From Candidatus Zhuqueibacterota bacterium (GTDB lineage Bacteria > Zhuqueibacterota > Zhuqueibacteria > Thermofontimicrobiales > Thermofontimicrobiaceae): DNA of 64,000 bases. Location of the stretch: positions 64,001-128,000 of the forward strand of contig JBMOPW010000026.1 in NCBI GenBank assembly GCA_049322915.1, read 5' to 3'. Position numbers and translations under genes: made by a program. The notes below the pieces were generated by a model, which saw nothing but the letters and a program-made list of their open reading frames with translations, made no database searches and was not told the origin of the DNA. Of the stretch, positions 39,683 through 49,836 are shown piece after piece (position 1 is the stretch's first letter; every line of letters starts with the position of its first letter).

Positions 39683-39782
39683 AAATTGGATCGAGCGCTG
39701 GCTCTCTTTCGGGTGGCTGGCAGACCACTGTTGCCGAATGCCAAAATTGGGTCAAAAAAATCGGCGTGATTGAAAGAGCGAT

Positions 39783-40565
39783 ATGGGTCATCATCTTCGG
39801 GTTTGGGAAAATTACAGATCATTCGCGGACCGACGCGCGCAGCTTGTCGTTGATATTATTCTGCAGCAGACTGAATTACAGGGCCGGCGAGTCCTGGATT
39901 ACGGCTGCGGCGAAGGCGCCACCGCCCGATTGATGCATGCTCATGGCGCTCGCGTGACGGCTCACGATATTCGGGACGATGTGGCCGGCAACTTCGCCGG
40001 TACGGACATTGTTTTTGTGACTGGCGATGCCGTCGGCCGGTTCGGCGACAGTTCGTTCGACATCGTTATTTTGCAGGACGTGCTGGAGCATGTGCCTGAT
40101 CCGCGGTTGATTTTGCAGCAGATTTGCCGGGCGCTTGCGCCTGGCGGGATGATTTATATTTCCACGCCGAATCGGTTCTCCTGCATCAACGCGGTGAGCG
40201 ATCCCCACTGGAGTCTGCCGGTGGTCTCTCTCCTGCCGCGAGGGGGAGTCAGATTATTTGTCAAAACGCTGTGCCGGAGAGACCGTCGGCAGAGGTCAGA
40301 CTGGCCGGCGCTGCTTTCGCTCCGTCAATTGAACAGGATATTGTCCGCGAATGGAATCGAATTCACATTTGTCAACACTTTCGTGGCCAGAAAATTATTT
40401 CAAAATCCGGATATGGTGGTGTGCGATCCCCGGCATTTGAAGATCGTTCGCTGGATTCGTCGAACCGGTCTGGAAGAGCGATTGCTGGGACTTGTAAATG
40501 ACAATCCATGCCTGTTCAACACCTGGGTAAATTCTACGTGGTATGGGATTGGACGAAAACGATGA
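39783..40565 (+). CDS. Class I SAM-dependent methyltransferase
   Basis: VLDYGCGEG, VLEHVPDP, LAPGG, STPN. Confidence 0.9.
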   Translation: MGHHLRVWENYRSFADRRAQLVVDIILQQTELQGRRVLDYGCGEGATARLMHAHGARVTAHDIRDDVAGNFAGTDIVFVTGDAVGRFGDSSFDIVILQDVLEHVPDPRLILQQICRALAPGGMIYISTPNRFSCINAVSDPHWSLPVVSLLPRGGVRLFVKTLCRRDRRQRSDWPALLSLRQLNRILSANGIEFTFVNTFVARKLFQNPDMVVCDPRHLKIVRWIRRTGLEERLLGLVNDNPCLFNTWVNSTWYGIGRKR

Positions 40566-41578
40566 AAGAAATATTCTGGAGCCGGGTGATCCGATCGGTT
40601 TCCCTGAGTCGACTTGCGAACAGCGCCAGTGTCATTCTGTCGCTTGCGCTTTCCAGACTGCTGAGGAGGGCCATTGTCTGGGGCGAACCGTTCATTGTCA
40701 CGGTCGAGCCAACAATACGATGCAATCTGGCGTGTCCGCAGTGCCTCGCCGGGATGAAGCAGGTCGTTCGGGCGAAGGCCAATATGGATGTGCTGGCCTT
40801 TCGGCATTTTCTCGATGTGATGGGCGCGAACGTCTGGCACCTGTTGCTTTACAACCAGGGCGAGCCGTTTCTGAATTCGGACATTCTCACGTTCATTGGC
40901 CTGGCAAAGCAGCGACGTATCTATGTCACGATCAGCACCAACGGACATTTTTTGCGGGACAAGGACTTCGTCCGTGAACTGGTATCGGGCGGGTTGGATT
41001 CCATCATCGTCTCGCTGGATGGAGCCGACGAGCAGACCTATCAGGCCTATCGTCGGGGCGGGAATTTTTCCGCTGTCGTCGAAGGCATTGAATTGTTGGC
41101 CAAAATGCGGGATGAACTCCGGTCACCCACTCCCAAAATCGTGATCCAATGTCTGGTGATGAAGCACAATGAGCAACAAATGGGTGAGATGCGCGCCCTG
41201 GCAGATAGGCTGGGTGCGGATCGGCTGCTCTTCAAAACATTCCAGGTGGAGTTTCAGGAGAATGGTGAATCGTTTTTACCAGACAGCCCGAACTGGCGGC
41301 GATACGAATTTGTCGGCGACCAAATTCAGCCCAGAAACAAACTGACAGCCTGCACCCGTTTGTGGTACAGCACCGTTATCCTTTCGGATGGCCGCATTGT
41401 GCCCTGTTGTTTTGACAAGAATGGCGCCCATTCATTTGGAAATATCACAGCGATAAAAACAGTTGATCAATTTTGGAAATCAGATGAATACCATAGATTC
41501 AGGAACGCAGCGCTCCGCGGCGCCGAACAAATTCACATCTGCCGCAACTGCACCCAGAACCAGAAAGTTTATCTCTAA
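40562..41578 (+). CDS. Radical SAM protein with SPASM/twitch domain
   Basis: CNLACPQC, GEPF, C..W..DG..VPCC, CRNC. Confidence 0.9.
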   Translation: MKEIFWSRVIRSVSLSRLANSASVILSLALSRLLRRAIVWGEPFIVTVEPTIRCNLACPQCLAGMKQVVRAKANMDVLAFRHFLDVMGANVWHLLLYNQGEPFLNSDILTFIGLAKQRRIYVTISTNGHFLRDKDFVRELVSGGLDSIIVSLDGADEQTYQAYRRGGNFSAVVEGIELLAKMRDELRSPTPKIVIQCLVMKHNEQQMGEMRALADRLGADRLLFKTFQVEFQENGESFLPDSPNWRRYEFVGDQIQPRNKLTACTRLWYSTVILSDGRIVPCCFDKNGAHSFGNITAIKTVDQFWKSDEYHRFRNAALRGAEQIHICRNCTQNQKVYL

Positions 41579-42545
41579 GCGTGCCCTGCTCTTTCTGGTG
41601 AAAATTATTGTGTCCGTGCTCGTTTTGATCATGCTCATCAAACGGTTGCAAATGAAGGAAATACTGGCGGCGTTCCAGAGCGCCCGGCTTTTTTGCATCT
41701 ACATGGCCCTGGCTTTGTTGATTCCCAACATCTACGCTCAGTACCTGAAATGGCGCTACCTTGTCCGACTGGTCAAACCGGACGTCCCTGACCGCGAAGT
41801 GATTCAGTCGCTGTTAGCCGGCCTCACGTTCGGATTCATCACCCCGGGCCGCGTCGGGGAATTTGGCCGGGCGTTCTTCATCTCCAATTGCTCCTGGGTG
41901 AAACTGCTTGGCATCACTTTCATCGATAAATTATTCGCCATGGCAGTGGTCTTTTTCTGGGGCGCCATTGGTTTGCTGTACTTCATCAGCCGGCAGCTTT
42001 ATATTTACACCATGGTGCCGGTCATCCTTTTCACGCTCATCGCTCTGGTGGTGATTTACTATATCATCTTTCACCCGGAGATCATCAAAAGCTTTCTGTA
42101 CAGTCTGAACATCATTCTCCCATTTCGGGATAAAATTAAATTGCTGATGAGCAGTCTGGACAATTTCCATCGCCGCCAGGCTATCATTCTGGCGTTATTG
42201 AATTTCAGTTTTTATGCGATTTTTTTCATTCAATACTATATTCTGGTCTGCGCCTTCGAGCCGGCTCCCATTGTTCAATCGTCGCTGGCCATTTTTTCAA
42301 CCATGCTGGTAAAATCCATGCTGCCCATTTCGGTGGGTGATCTGGGTGTACGAGAAAGCGCGGCCGTCTTCTTTTTTAGCAAGATCGGCGTGCTTCACTC
42401 GACGGCGTTCAATGCGTCCATTTTGCTTTTTATGATCAACCTGCTTCTGCCCAGCCTGGCCGGACTTTTTCTCGTGTTGCGCTACGGCCTTGTTTTTAAA
42501 AAGAATAATCGGACGCAAAACAACACTGACGCGCCTGAACGCTAA
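41463..42545 (+). CDS. Lysylphosphatidylglycerol-synthase TM / flippase-like protein (start uncertain, probably later)
   Basis: TPGRVGEFGR, PISVGDLGVRE; multi-TM. Confidence 0.85.
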   Translation: MINFGNQMNTIDSGTQRSAAPNKFTSAATAPRTRKFISKRALLFLVKIIVSVLVLIMLIKRLQMKEILAAFQSARLFCIYMALALLIPNIYAQYLKWRYLVRLVKPDVPDREVIQSLLAGLTFGFITPGRVGEFGRAFFISNCSWVKLLGITFIDKLFAMAVVFFWGAIGLLYFISRQLYIYTMVPVILFTLIALVVIYYIIFHPEIIKSFLYSLNIILPFRDKIKLLMSSLDNFHRRQAIILALLNFSFYAIFFIQYYILVCAFEPAPIVQSSLAIFSTMLVKSMLPISVGDLGVRESAAVFFFSKIGVLHSTAFNASILLFMINLLLPSLAGLFLVLRYGLVFKKNNRTQNNTDAPER

Positions 42546-42613
42546 CCCTGTGGCAGCACCAGGCCGATGGAATCGCAGCTGTTCGCCCTTTATTCATACC
42601 AGAGATCTGTCCC

Positions 42614-43750
42614 ATGCAGGATTATTACATATTCAATTTTTTGCTTTTCCTGTTCACATTCCTGACTTTCCTGTACGTCTGGAAAATTTCTTATTTTTTG
42701 TGGGGACTATTTCGCCTCAGGGCCGGCAGAAACAAGAAAATGTACCACGTCACCGTCATTGTGCCTGCCCGCAATGAGGAAGAAAACATCAGCCGCTGCC
42801 TGCGTGCGCTTACGCGACAAAAATACCCCTCCGATAAATTGGAGATTGTCGTTGTGGATGATTTCTCCACCGACCGAACCGCTGATCTTGTTCGAACCTA
42901 CACGCAGCGATACGACTATATCTCTCTCATCAACCCGGGGCGGCTGGCGCCGGGGATGTCGCCCAAAAAGCGGGCGCTGCAAACCGGGATCGAATCATCC
43001 TCCGGCGAAATAATTATCACCACGGACGCCGACTGCTGGGCCTCGCCCCAATGGATTCGCCGCATCGTCTCCCAGTTCGAGGAACAGGTTGGTGTGGTGA
43101 CCGGGCTGGTGCTGTTCGATGCCGGGGATGAGAAAACGATATTTCACAAAATTCAGGCCATCGAATTTTTGGGGCTGACCATGGCCGGCATTGGCAGCAT
43201 TGGTGCCGGCGATCCCATCATCGCCAATGGAGCGAATTTCGCATTCCGGCGTCGCGCGTTTCAGCAGGTCAACGGCTATGAGGACGAGACGCACATCATC
43301 AGCGGCGATGACGACTTGCTTCTGCAGAAAATAGTGCGGCAGACTGACTGGAAAGTGAAATCGGTGATAGCGTCTGATTCCTTTGTCTATACCCGGCCGC
43401 TGTCCACGATTGTCTCCTTCCTCAACCAGCGAATTCGCTGGGCGTCGAAAGGGCTGGTGTACAAGAAGTTCTCTCTGGTCTTTTTTCTCGCCTCCGTCTA
43501 CCTGTTTTACCTGCTGCTTTTCATCTCAATCCCGCTCACATTGCCGTACGTTTCAAATTACCCCTATCCGGTCGCGGCGTTCACCATGAAATTGATCATC
43601 GATTTTCTATTGATTCTCAAAGGCACGGCAGTGGCTGGCAGACGGGATCTGCTTAAATATTTTTTAATAGCTGAAATTTTCCAGATACCCTATATCATTT
43701 ATGTGGGCTTTACCGGAATATTGGGCCAGTTCAACTGGAAAGGCCGATGA
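42614..43750 (+). CDS. Membrane GT2 glycosyltransferase, paralog 2
   Basis: PARNEE, TTDADC, SGDDDL, QRIRWAS. Confidence 0.92.
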   Translation: MQDYYIFNFLLFLFTFLTFLYVWKISYFLWGLFRLRAGRNKKMYHVTVIVPARNEEENISRCLRALTRQKYPSDKLEIVVVDDFSTDRTADLVRTYTQRYDYISLINPGRLAPGMSPKKRALQTGIESSSGEIIITTDADCWASPQWIRRIVSQFEEQVGVVTGLVLFDAGDEKTIFHKIQAIEFLGLTMAGIGSIGAGDPIIANGANFAFRRRAFQQVNGYEDETHIISGDDDLLLQKIVRQTDWKVKSVIASDSFVYTRPLSTIVSFLNQRIRWASKGLVYKKFSLVFFLASVYLFYLLLFISIPLTLPYVSNYPYPVAAFTMKLIIDFLLILKGTAVAGRRDLLKYFLIAEIFQIPYIIYVGFTGILGQFNWKGR

Positions 43751-44385
43751 AATTTTTTCGAATCCCGGGGATGGCTCAAGTCTTCTTGCCCCAAATTATC
43801 TGGCGACTCCGGCCTGTGCAATCTCCCTGTGTATGCCTCACATTTGATGATGGGCCCCATCCTCATTTCACAGAGACTATACTGCGCATTTTGCACGAGC
43901 GCAATGTCCCGGCGACATTTTTCATTGTGGGCAAATACGCGATGGAATATCCTTCTCTGGTGCGCGCTGTCCATGAACAGAGACATGGGATTGGGCTCCA
44001 CTCGTTCGACCATCAGCGGATGTGCCGGCAGTCCGCAGCCTATTTCAGACGGCAATTGCTGCAGAACAGGGATATCGTGGAGCAGATCCTTGGCTGCCCG
44101 GTGAAATTCTTCCGACCGCCGTACGGGATATTTCGGCCGGGACTCATCCGCGTCTGCCAGCGCATGAAGCTTCGCATGGTGCTCTGGTCGCTGTTCACCT
44201 ATGATTATGACCTGCGCGTGTCGGATCAGGCGCTTCTGCACGTGATAAAATCGAACGTGATCAGCCGGGATATCATCGTCTTTCACGACGGCCATTCCAA
44301 TAGCTGGCGAACGGCTGACATTTTGGATTCGGTGATCTCCTTGTTGAAGGATCAAAATTTTGAATTTTTACCCTTGAAAGAATAA
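43747..44385 (+). CDS. Polysaccharide deacetylase (CE4/NodB)
   Basis: TFDDGP, HSFDH, RPPYG, FHD. Confidence 0.92.
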   Translation: MKFFRIPGMAQVFLPQIIWRLRPVQSPCVCLTFDDGPHPHFTETILRILHERNVPATFFIVGKYAMEYPSLVRAVHEQRHGIGLHSFDHQRMCRQSAAYFRRQLLQNRDIVEQILGCPVKFFRPPYGIFRPGLIRVCQRMKLRMVLWSLFTYDYDLRVSDQALLHVIKSNVISRDIIVFHDGHSNSWRTADILDSVISLLKDQNFEFLPLKE

Positions 44386-44395
44386 AAAAAAATCT

Positions 44396-44445
44396 TTGAC
44401 ATTTTGGAGTATTTTATTATATTAAAATATGTTGTGATGTCACAA
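44396..44445 (+). promoter_or_regulatory. Sigma70-type promoter with downstream palindromic operator
   Basis: TTGACA-N16-TATATT; TTGTGA-TG-TCACAA at 44432-44445. Confidence 0.55.
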
Positions 44446-44513
44446 AAATGCGATACTACCAATTGTATAGTTTGTCGATCACCATCAGACTAAAATTTTG
44501 AAGCGATAAAAAT

Positions 44514-45779
44514 ATGAACTATCAAATCGATTATATCCGCTCCCAGTTTCCTGCGCTGAACCGAACCGTCAATGGTTTTCCGGCCATCTATTTCGACGGA
44601 CCGGGCGGAACCCAGGCGCCGCAACGGGTCATTGACAAAATGGTGGATTACCTCCAAAACCATAACGCCAATACTCACGGTGAGTTTGCCACGAGTCGGG
44701 AGACGGATGAAATATTGTTGAATGCAAAGAAGACGTTCGCCGATTTCTTCGGCTGCGCCTGGAACGAGGTTTCGTTCTGCCATAACTCTACGACGATCAA
44801 TTTCAAGCTGGCTCAGGCTATCGGAAGAAGTCTGGCGCCGGGCGATGAAATCATCATCACAGACATGGATCATGAAGCCAATCGCGGCCCCTGGGAAGCA
44901 TTGGCGGAGCGCGGAATGGTCATCAAAAATGTGAGGATGAATCCTGCCGCCTGCACACTCGACATACAGGATTTTCAGGACAAATTATCGGCCCGGACCA
45001 GAGTGGTGGCGTTCAATTATGCGTCCAATGCGCTGGGAACAATCAGCGACGCGAAAGAAATGATCCGGCTGGCGAAGCAGGTGAAGGCGCTGACAGTCGT
45101 GGACGCGGTTCATTTCGCCCTGCACGGTGTTATCGACGTCAGGGAGATTGGCGCCGATTTCCTGTTTTGTTCCGCTTATAAATTTTTCGGGCCCCATGTC
45201 GGCGTGCTGTTCGGCGCGTACGACGTGATGGATCGGCTGAATACACTTCGCGTCAGTACCCAGGAATCTGTCCCTCCCTGGAAATTTGAAACCGGCACGC
45301 TGAATCAGGAGGGCATTGCCGGCGCTGCCGAGGCCGTGGATTTCATCGCGGATATTGGCGCAACGCATCGGGAAAATTTCACGGACCGAATGCCTGATTG
45401 CTCCGAGCGAAGAAAGAATATCATCCGCGGCATGCGGACAGTGGAAGCGTACGAGCAGCCACTGGCTCAGTATTTTAAAGATGAATTGGCCCGGATCAAT
45501 GGCCTGAAAATTTACAGTCCGCCGAAAGACCATCCCTGCACATCGACGATTTCGTTTCGATTGAAAGATGTCCATCCCAATCGAGTGGCGGTATTGTTGG
45601 GCGAGCGGGGGATATTCGTGTGGGATGGGCATTTTTACGCAGCGCAGATTGTCAAATCACTGGGACTGGAAGAGAGCGGCGGGCTGGTGCGCATTGGCCT
45701 GGCGCCATACAGCACCCGGGAAGAAATCGATCGGGCGCTCGCTGAAATTGCCGCGATCGCTTCGGGTCAGCGGGCGTGA
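44514..45779 (+). CDS. Cysteine desulfurase-like PLP enzyme (VC1184-type subfamily)
   Basis: FDGPGGTQ, DHEAN, DAVH, SAYKFFGPH, ETGT; GHFYA in place of GHHCA. Confidence 0.9.
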   Translation: MNYQIDYIRSQFPALNRTVNGFPAIYFDGPGGTQAPQRVIDKMVDYLQNHNANTHGEFATSRETDEILLNAKKTFADFFGCAWNEVSFCHNSTTINFKLAQAIGRSLAPGDEIIITDMDHEANRGPWEALAERGMVIKNVRMNPAACTLDIQDFQDKLSARTRVVAFNYASNALGTISDAKEMIRLAKQVKALTVVDAVHFALHGVIDVREIGADFLFCSAYKFFGPHVGVLFGAYDVMDRLNTLRVSTQESVPPWKFETGTLNQEGIAGAAEAVDFIADIGATHRENFTDRMPDCSERRKNIIRGMRTVEAYEQPLAQYFKDELARINGLKIYSPPKDHPCTSTISFRLKDVHPNRVAVLLGERGIFVWDGHFYAAQIVKSLGLEESGGLVRIGLAPYSTREEIDRALAEIAAIASGQRA

Positions 45780-47506
45780 TGATGCAGAGAGAATGCGTCT
45801 GTCCCGGATTTCGGGCGCGCTGTTTTTATCCCAAACCGACTGAATCGAAATTGAAAATGGTCAAAACTGAAACTGGTTCTATGAATATGACTTTGGTGAG
45901 ATTTGCGCAACGCGCTCTGTTTCGACTGAAATCTATGACCGGGCGATTTTTACTGGTCGGGATCATTGTTTGTTCTCTGTCAGGCGCTGCGGTTGGCCAA
46001 TCCGTGAACGTCCCGCTGCAGCATCGGGTTTACGGTTACCTCGACCGAATGGAAGCGCGCGGCTGTTTCCGAAGCCTGGAACTTCGGGCTCGGCCCATCT
46101 CCCGCGCTGATGTGGCAGAACTGCTGGGCCGGATTGAGCAGGCGAGTTTTGAAAATCGAGTCCGTCTGTCCCACGCTGAACTGGATCTGCTGGAGCAACT
46201 CAAAGGTGAATTTTGCGACGAAATGGCAAAGCACCCTGTGCAGGTGAATGACGATTATCGGGAACGGCATCTGCTGGTTTGGAATGAGGATAAGAACACC
46301 ATCAACGTGGATATTGATTTTGCTCAGCGTTTCGACATCACCCGGTTTCTGTGCGAGGATTCCACGGCGCGTACGTCATTGACGACGCTGGGCGGTATCC
46401 TTCGCGGCAATCTGAACGAGAGCCTGGGTTTCTATCTGCATTTTACCAACGCATTGTTGCGGGGAGTTGACATTGAGCGGGAGAACTTCAATCCGGAATA
46501 TGGGCTGCCAATCACGATTGCCGGGGACAATGTCTATCAGGACAACGCGGCAGCGTATTTCGTCTGGAAATTGCCGTGGTTCCAACTGCAATTCGGGCGC
46601 GACCAGGCGCAATGGGGGCCGGGCTACCAGGGCAGTTTGATGCTGTCCGCGCAGAATCCGCTGTTCGACATGCTGAAAATTCGCGCCAATTATCATCGAT
46701 TCCACTTCACCAGTATTCACGGAAAATTGAACAGCAGCGCGGCGCAAAAATATCTGGCAGCGCATCGTATCGAATTCCGCGTCCTGCCCTGGTTGTTTCT
46801 GGCCGGCTCGGAGTCCGTCGTCTACGGCGACCGGGGCATTGAATGGCAGTACGTCAATCCGATCATGCCCTATCACATTGCAGAACATCACCTCGGCGAT
46901 AAAGACAATAACACCATGTCCTTCGATTTTACCATGTTCCCCTGGCCGGGGCATAAAGTTTACGGGGAATTGTTTCTGGATGATTTCACCACATCGGAAA
47001 ATCCGTTCACCTATTTCGGAAATAAATTTGCGTTTCTGACCGGCTATCACTGGGCCAATCCGCTGAGCGTACCCAATCTCGATCTCAAAGCCGAATACGC
47101 GCGGGTGGAACCGTTCGTGTACACGCATCACGTGCCGGTCAATGTGTATCAGCATTACGATCGAATCATCGGACACTGGCTGGGACCCAATTCGGACCAA
47201 CTGTATTTCGAGGCCGGGTATCTGTTCAATCGGGACATGAATCTGAGCCTGATTGCTGAACGGATTCGAGACGGGAAAGGCGATGTGAGCACCTTTCATA
47301 CAGTGGCAATGGGCAATGAGAAAAAATTTCTCTCCGGCATTGTCGAGGAATCCTGGCGGTTCGGCTTTTCATTTACCGATCAAATCCTTCGGGATTTTTT
47401 CCTGAATTTGCAATATCACAGCATTCAGTTTTATAATACGGAACATGTATCGGGCCGAAATTCGTGCGATAGTCAGATCATCTTTCAACTCACCGTGAAT
47501 TGGTAG
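45776..47506 (+). CDS. Capsule assembly Wzi-family outer-membrane protein (start uncertain)
   Basis: GRD...WGPG..GSL.LS, HRIEF, YGELFLDD, GHWLGPNSD; terminal Trp. Confidence 0.8.
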   Translation: MMMQRECVCPGFRARCFYPKPTESKLKMVKTETGSMNMTLVRFAQRALFRLKSMTGRFLLVGIIVCSLSGAAVGQSVNVPLQHRVYGYLDRMEARGCFRSLELRARPISRADVAELLGRIEQASFENRVRLSHAELDLLEQLKGEFCDEMAKHPVQVNDDYRERHLLVWNEDKNTINVDIDFAQRFDITRFLCEDSTARTSLTTLGGILRGNLNESLGFYLHFTNALLRGVDIERENFNPEYGLPITIAGDNVYQDNAAAYFVWKLPWFQLQFGRDQAQWGPGYQGSLMLSAQNPLFDMLKIRANYHRFHFTSIHGKLNSSAAQKYLAAHRIEFRVLPWLFLAGSESVVYGDRGIEWQYVNPIMPYHIAEHHLGDKDNNTMSFDFTMFPWPGHKVYGELFLDDFTTSENPFTYFGNKFAFLTGYHWANPLSVPNLDLKAEYARVEPFVYTHHVPVNVYQHYDRIIGHWLGPNSDQLYFEAGYLFNRDMNLSLIAERIRDGKGDVSTFHTVAMGNEKKFLSGIVEESWRFGFSFTDQILRDFFLNLQYHSIQFYNTEHVSGRNSCDSQIIFQLTVNW

Positions 47507-48654
47507 GAAGCGTGTTAATTTTTTATGCAGTCACCGCAGCGCTGATTGCCGGATATGGAGCGCTTCTGTTTCGGCTCATCGCAGGACTGGGTAAATTGAA
47601 ACCCGGCAGAAACGCGCACCAATACACTGTCTCAGTGATTGTCGCTGCGCGCAATGAAGAGCAAAACATAAGACCCTGTCTGGATGCACTGGTTCAGCAG
47701 ACATACCCGGTGAGCAAGTATGAAATAATTATAATCGATGACCGCTCGTCGGACAGCACCGCGACGGTCGTTGAGAGTTACTGCCAGCGGTTTCATCACA
47801 TAAAATTGGCGCGAGTTAAAAGCGTCCCGGCTGGCATTGCGCCCAAGAAGAACGCGTTGCAGCAGGGAATTGCGGTCTCGCAGGGAGAGATCATTTTAAC
47901 CACGGACGCCGATTGCGTCCCGGCGCCAGGCTGGATTTCGGCGATGGTATCGTATTTTGAGCCGAGCGTGGGATTGGTTGCTGGCTTTTCGCCGCTGGAA
48001 CAGGCGAAATCACAGTCAGTATTCACAAGGCTCATGACGCTGGATTCGCTCTCACTGGCCGCAGTCGCCGCCGGCAGCTTTGGTATGGGGCGTCCGTTGA
48101 CATGCAGCGGAAGGAACCTGGGCTATCGTCGGGAAACATTTCATGCAGTCGGCGGGTTTAAGGAATTCCAACATTTCGTTTCCGGTGACGATGATTTATT
48201 GCTGCACCGCATCCGGCAGCATTCGGTCTGGGACATGAGATACGCTGCAACCCCGGAAGCGATTGTGCGATCCCTGGCGCCGACGAACCTCAGGCAGTTC
48301 GCCAATCAGCGCATTCGGCATGCTTCCAAGGGTCGCTTTTATGCGGCTTCAATGGTGCTGGGTCTGATCGGGGTATACCTATTAAATTTTAATTTATTGT
48401 GTTTGTTGCTGTTGTCATTGACTTTTAACAAATATTTGTTATATTGGGTAGCGCTGATGATTTTGAAGAGTCTGCCCGAATTCCTGTTGATCACCCGTTT
48501 CGCTCGTTTCGTAAATTGTACAAAGATACTGCGCGCATTTCCCTGGGCCATGCTGGCGCATGTGCCGTATGTAGTGATCTTCGGATTGCTGGGACAGTTG
48601 GGTAAATTCCAGTGGAAGGATGAAACATTCACACCGCGCGCAAATCGCACGTAG
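47500..48654 (+). CDS. Membrane GT2 glycosyltransferase, paralog 3
   Basis: AARNEE, TTDADC, SGDDDL, QRIRHAS. Confidence 0.92.
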   Translation: MVGSVLIFYAVTAALIAGYGALLFRLIAGLGKLKPGRNAHQYTVSVIVAARNEEQNIRPCLDALVQQTYPVSKYEIIIIDDRSSDSTATVVESYCQRFHHIKLARVKSVPAGIAPKKNALQQGIAVSQGEIILTTDADCVPAPGWISAMVSYFEPSVGLVAGFSPLEQAKSQSVFTRLMTLDSLSLAAVAAGSFGMGRPLTCSGRNLGYRRETFHAVGGFKEFQHFVSGDDDLLLHRIRQHSVWDMRYAATPEAIVRSLAPTNLRQFANQRIRHASKGRFYAASMVLGLIGVYLLNFNLLCLLLLSLTFNKYLLYWVALMILKSLPEFLLITRFARFVNCTKILRAFPWAMLAHVPYVVIFGLLGQLGKFQWKDETFTPRANRT

Positions 48655-48657
48655 CGA

Positions 48658-49836
48658 TTGAAGGAGTTATGGTTGCTGGACATCATTTTTGGCGTTGTCA
48701 CGACACTCTATTTTTTCATCCTTATTTCGTTTTTCATTGGACTGTTTTTCCCGAATAAAAAACAGACTCGGCAATCGTATTTTGTATCCGTAGTCGTGGC
48801 TGCCCGGAATGAAGAGAAAAATATCGGGGTTCTTTTATCGGATCTGGTTAACCAGACCTATCCCGGCGATCGATACGAAATCATCATCGCCAATGATGGC
48901 TCCGAAGACGGCACTGCTGACATCATCGAGACATTCGCTCGGAAATATCCCAACGTGAAGCAGGTGCTGGCGTTGCCAGACGCTGCGAATGGATTGATGG
49001 CCAAGAAAAACGCCCTGAACCAGGGCATTCGCAACAGCATGGGCGAATTGATTGTTACGACTGATGCGGATTGCCGCGTGCAACCCACCTGGATTGAAAC
49101 GATGGTTTCGTATTTCAAAGATGATGTTGGCATGGTGGTGGGATTTTCGCAATTGGGAAATCGAGAGTATGACTACTCATTTTTTGAGGGACTGCAAGCG
49201 CTCGATTTTCTGTCGCTTCTGGCCGCAGCCCAGGGTTCGCTCAATCTGAATTGGCCGCTGGCAGCTTCGGGCCAAAATCTGGCCTATCGCAAAGAGGCAT
49301 TCGAACAGGTCGGCGGATTCATGACGATCAAACAGCGCATCTCCGGGGACGATGTCCTGCTGCTTCAACTCATCAAAAAGAAGACGAACTGGAAAATACG
49401 ATTTGCGTCATCGTCCCGAAGCTTCAACTGGACGCCGCCGGAGCGGACGCTCAAATCGTTTTTGAATCAGAGAAAGCGCTGGGCGTCCAATGGCTCGTAC
49501 CAGTTTCATTTGAATAAATTCTTTTTTCTGTTCATCGTCACCGTATTTGTAATGAATGCGCTGGTGCTTGTTGGAACGCCGGCCTATGCAACCATGTATC
49601 ATTCCATCGCGCTCCCGCTGGGATGTTTTGCCGTTAAAGTCGCTGCAGAAATGGTGGTGATCGCCAAAGGGAGCCGGGTCTACCAACGAACTGACTTATT
49701 GAAGTATTTTCCAATCTGGGTTTTCGTTCAGATTCCATACGTGATTTTCACCGGGCTACTGGGCAGTCTGGGGCATTTCATCTGGAAAGACAGGAAGCAT
49801 ATTCAGGAACTTACGATTTTCAGGACCGACCATTGA
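48658..49836 (+). CDS. Membrane GT2 glycosyltransferase, paralog 4
   Basis: AARNEE, TTDADC, SGDDVL, QRKRWAS. Confidence 0.92.
   Translation: MKELWLLDIIFGVVTTLYFFILISFFIGLFFPNKKQTRQSYFVSVVVAARNEEKNIGVLLSDLVNQTYPGDRYEIIIANDGSEDGTADIIETFARKYPNVKQVLALPDAANGLMAKKNALNQGIRNSMGELIVTTDADCRVQPTWIETMVSYFKDDVGMVVGFSQLGNREYDYSFFEGLQALDFLSLLAAAQGSLNLNWPLAASGQNLAYRKEAFEQVGGFMTIKQRISGDDVLLLQLIKKKTNWKIRFASSSRSFNWTPPERTLKSFLNQRKRWASNGSYQFHLNKFFFLFIVTVFVMNALVLVGTPAYATMYHSIALPLGCFAVKVAAEMVVIAKGSRVYQRTDLLKYFPIWVFVQIPYVIFTGLLGSLGHFIWKDRKHIQELTIFRTDH

Noticed and set aside
39738..39782. In-frame TGA (39771) upstream of the methyltransferase as selenocysteine readthrough
   Set aside because: No Cys-equivalent motif or SECIS-like hairpin; the domain is complete from 39783.
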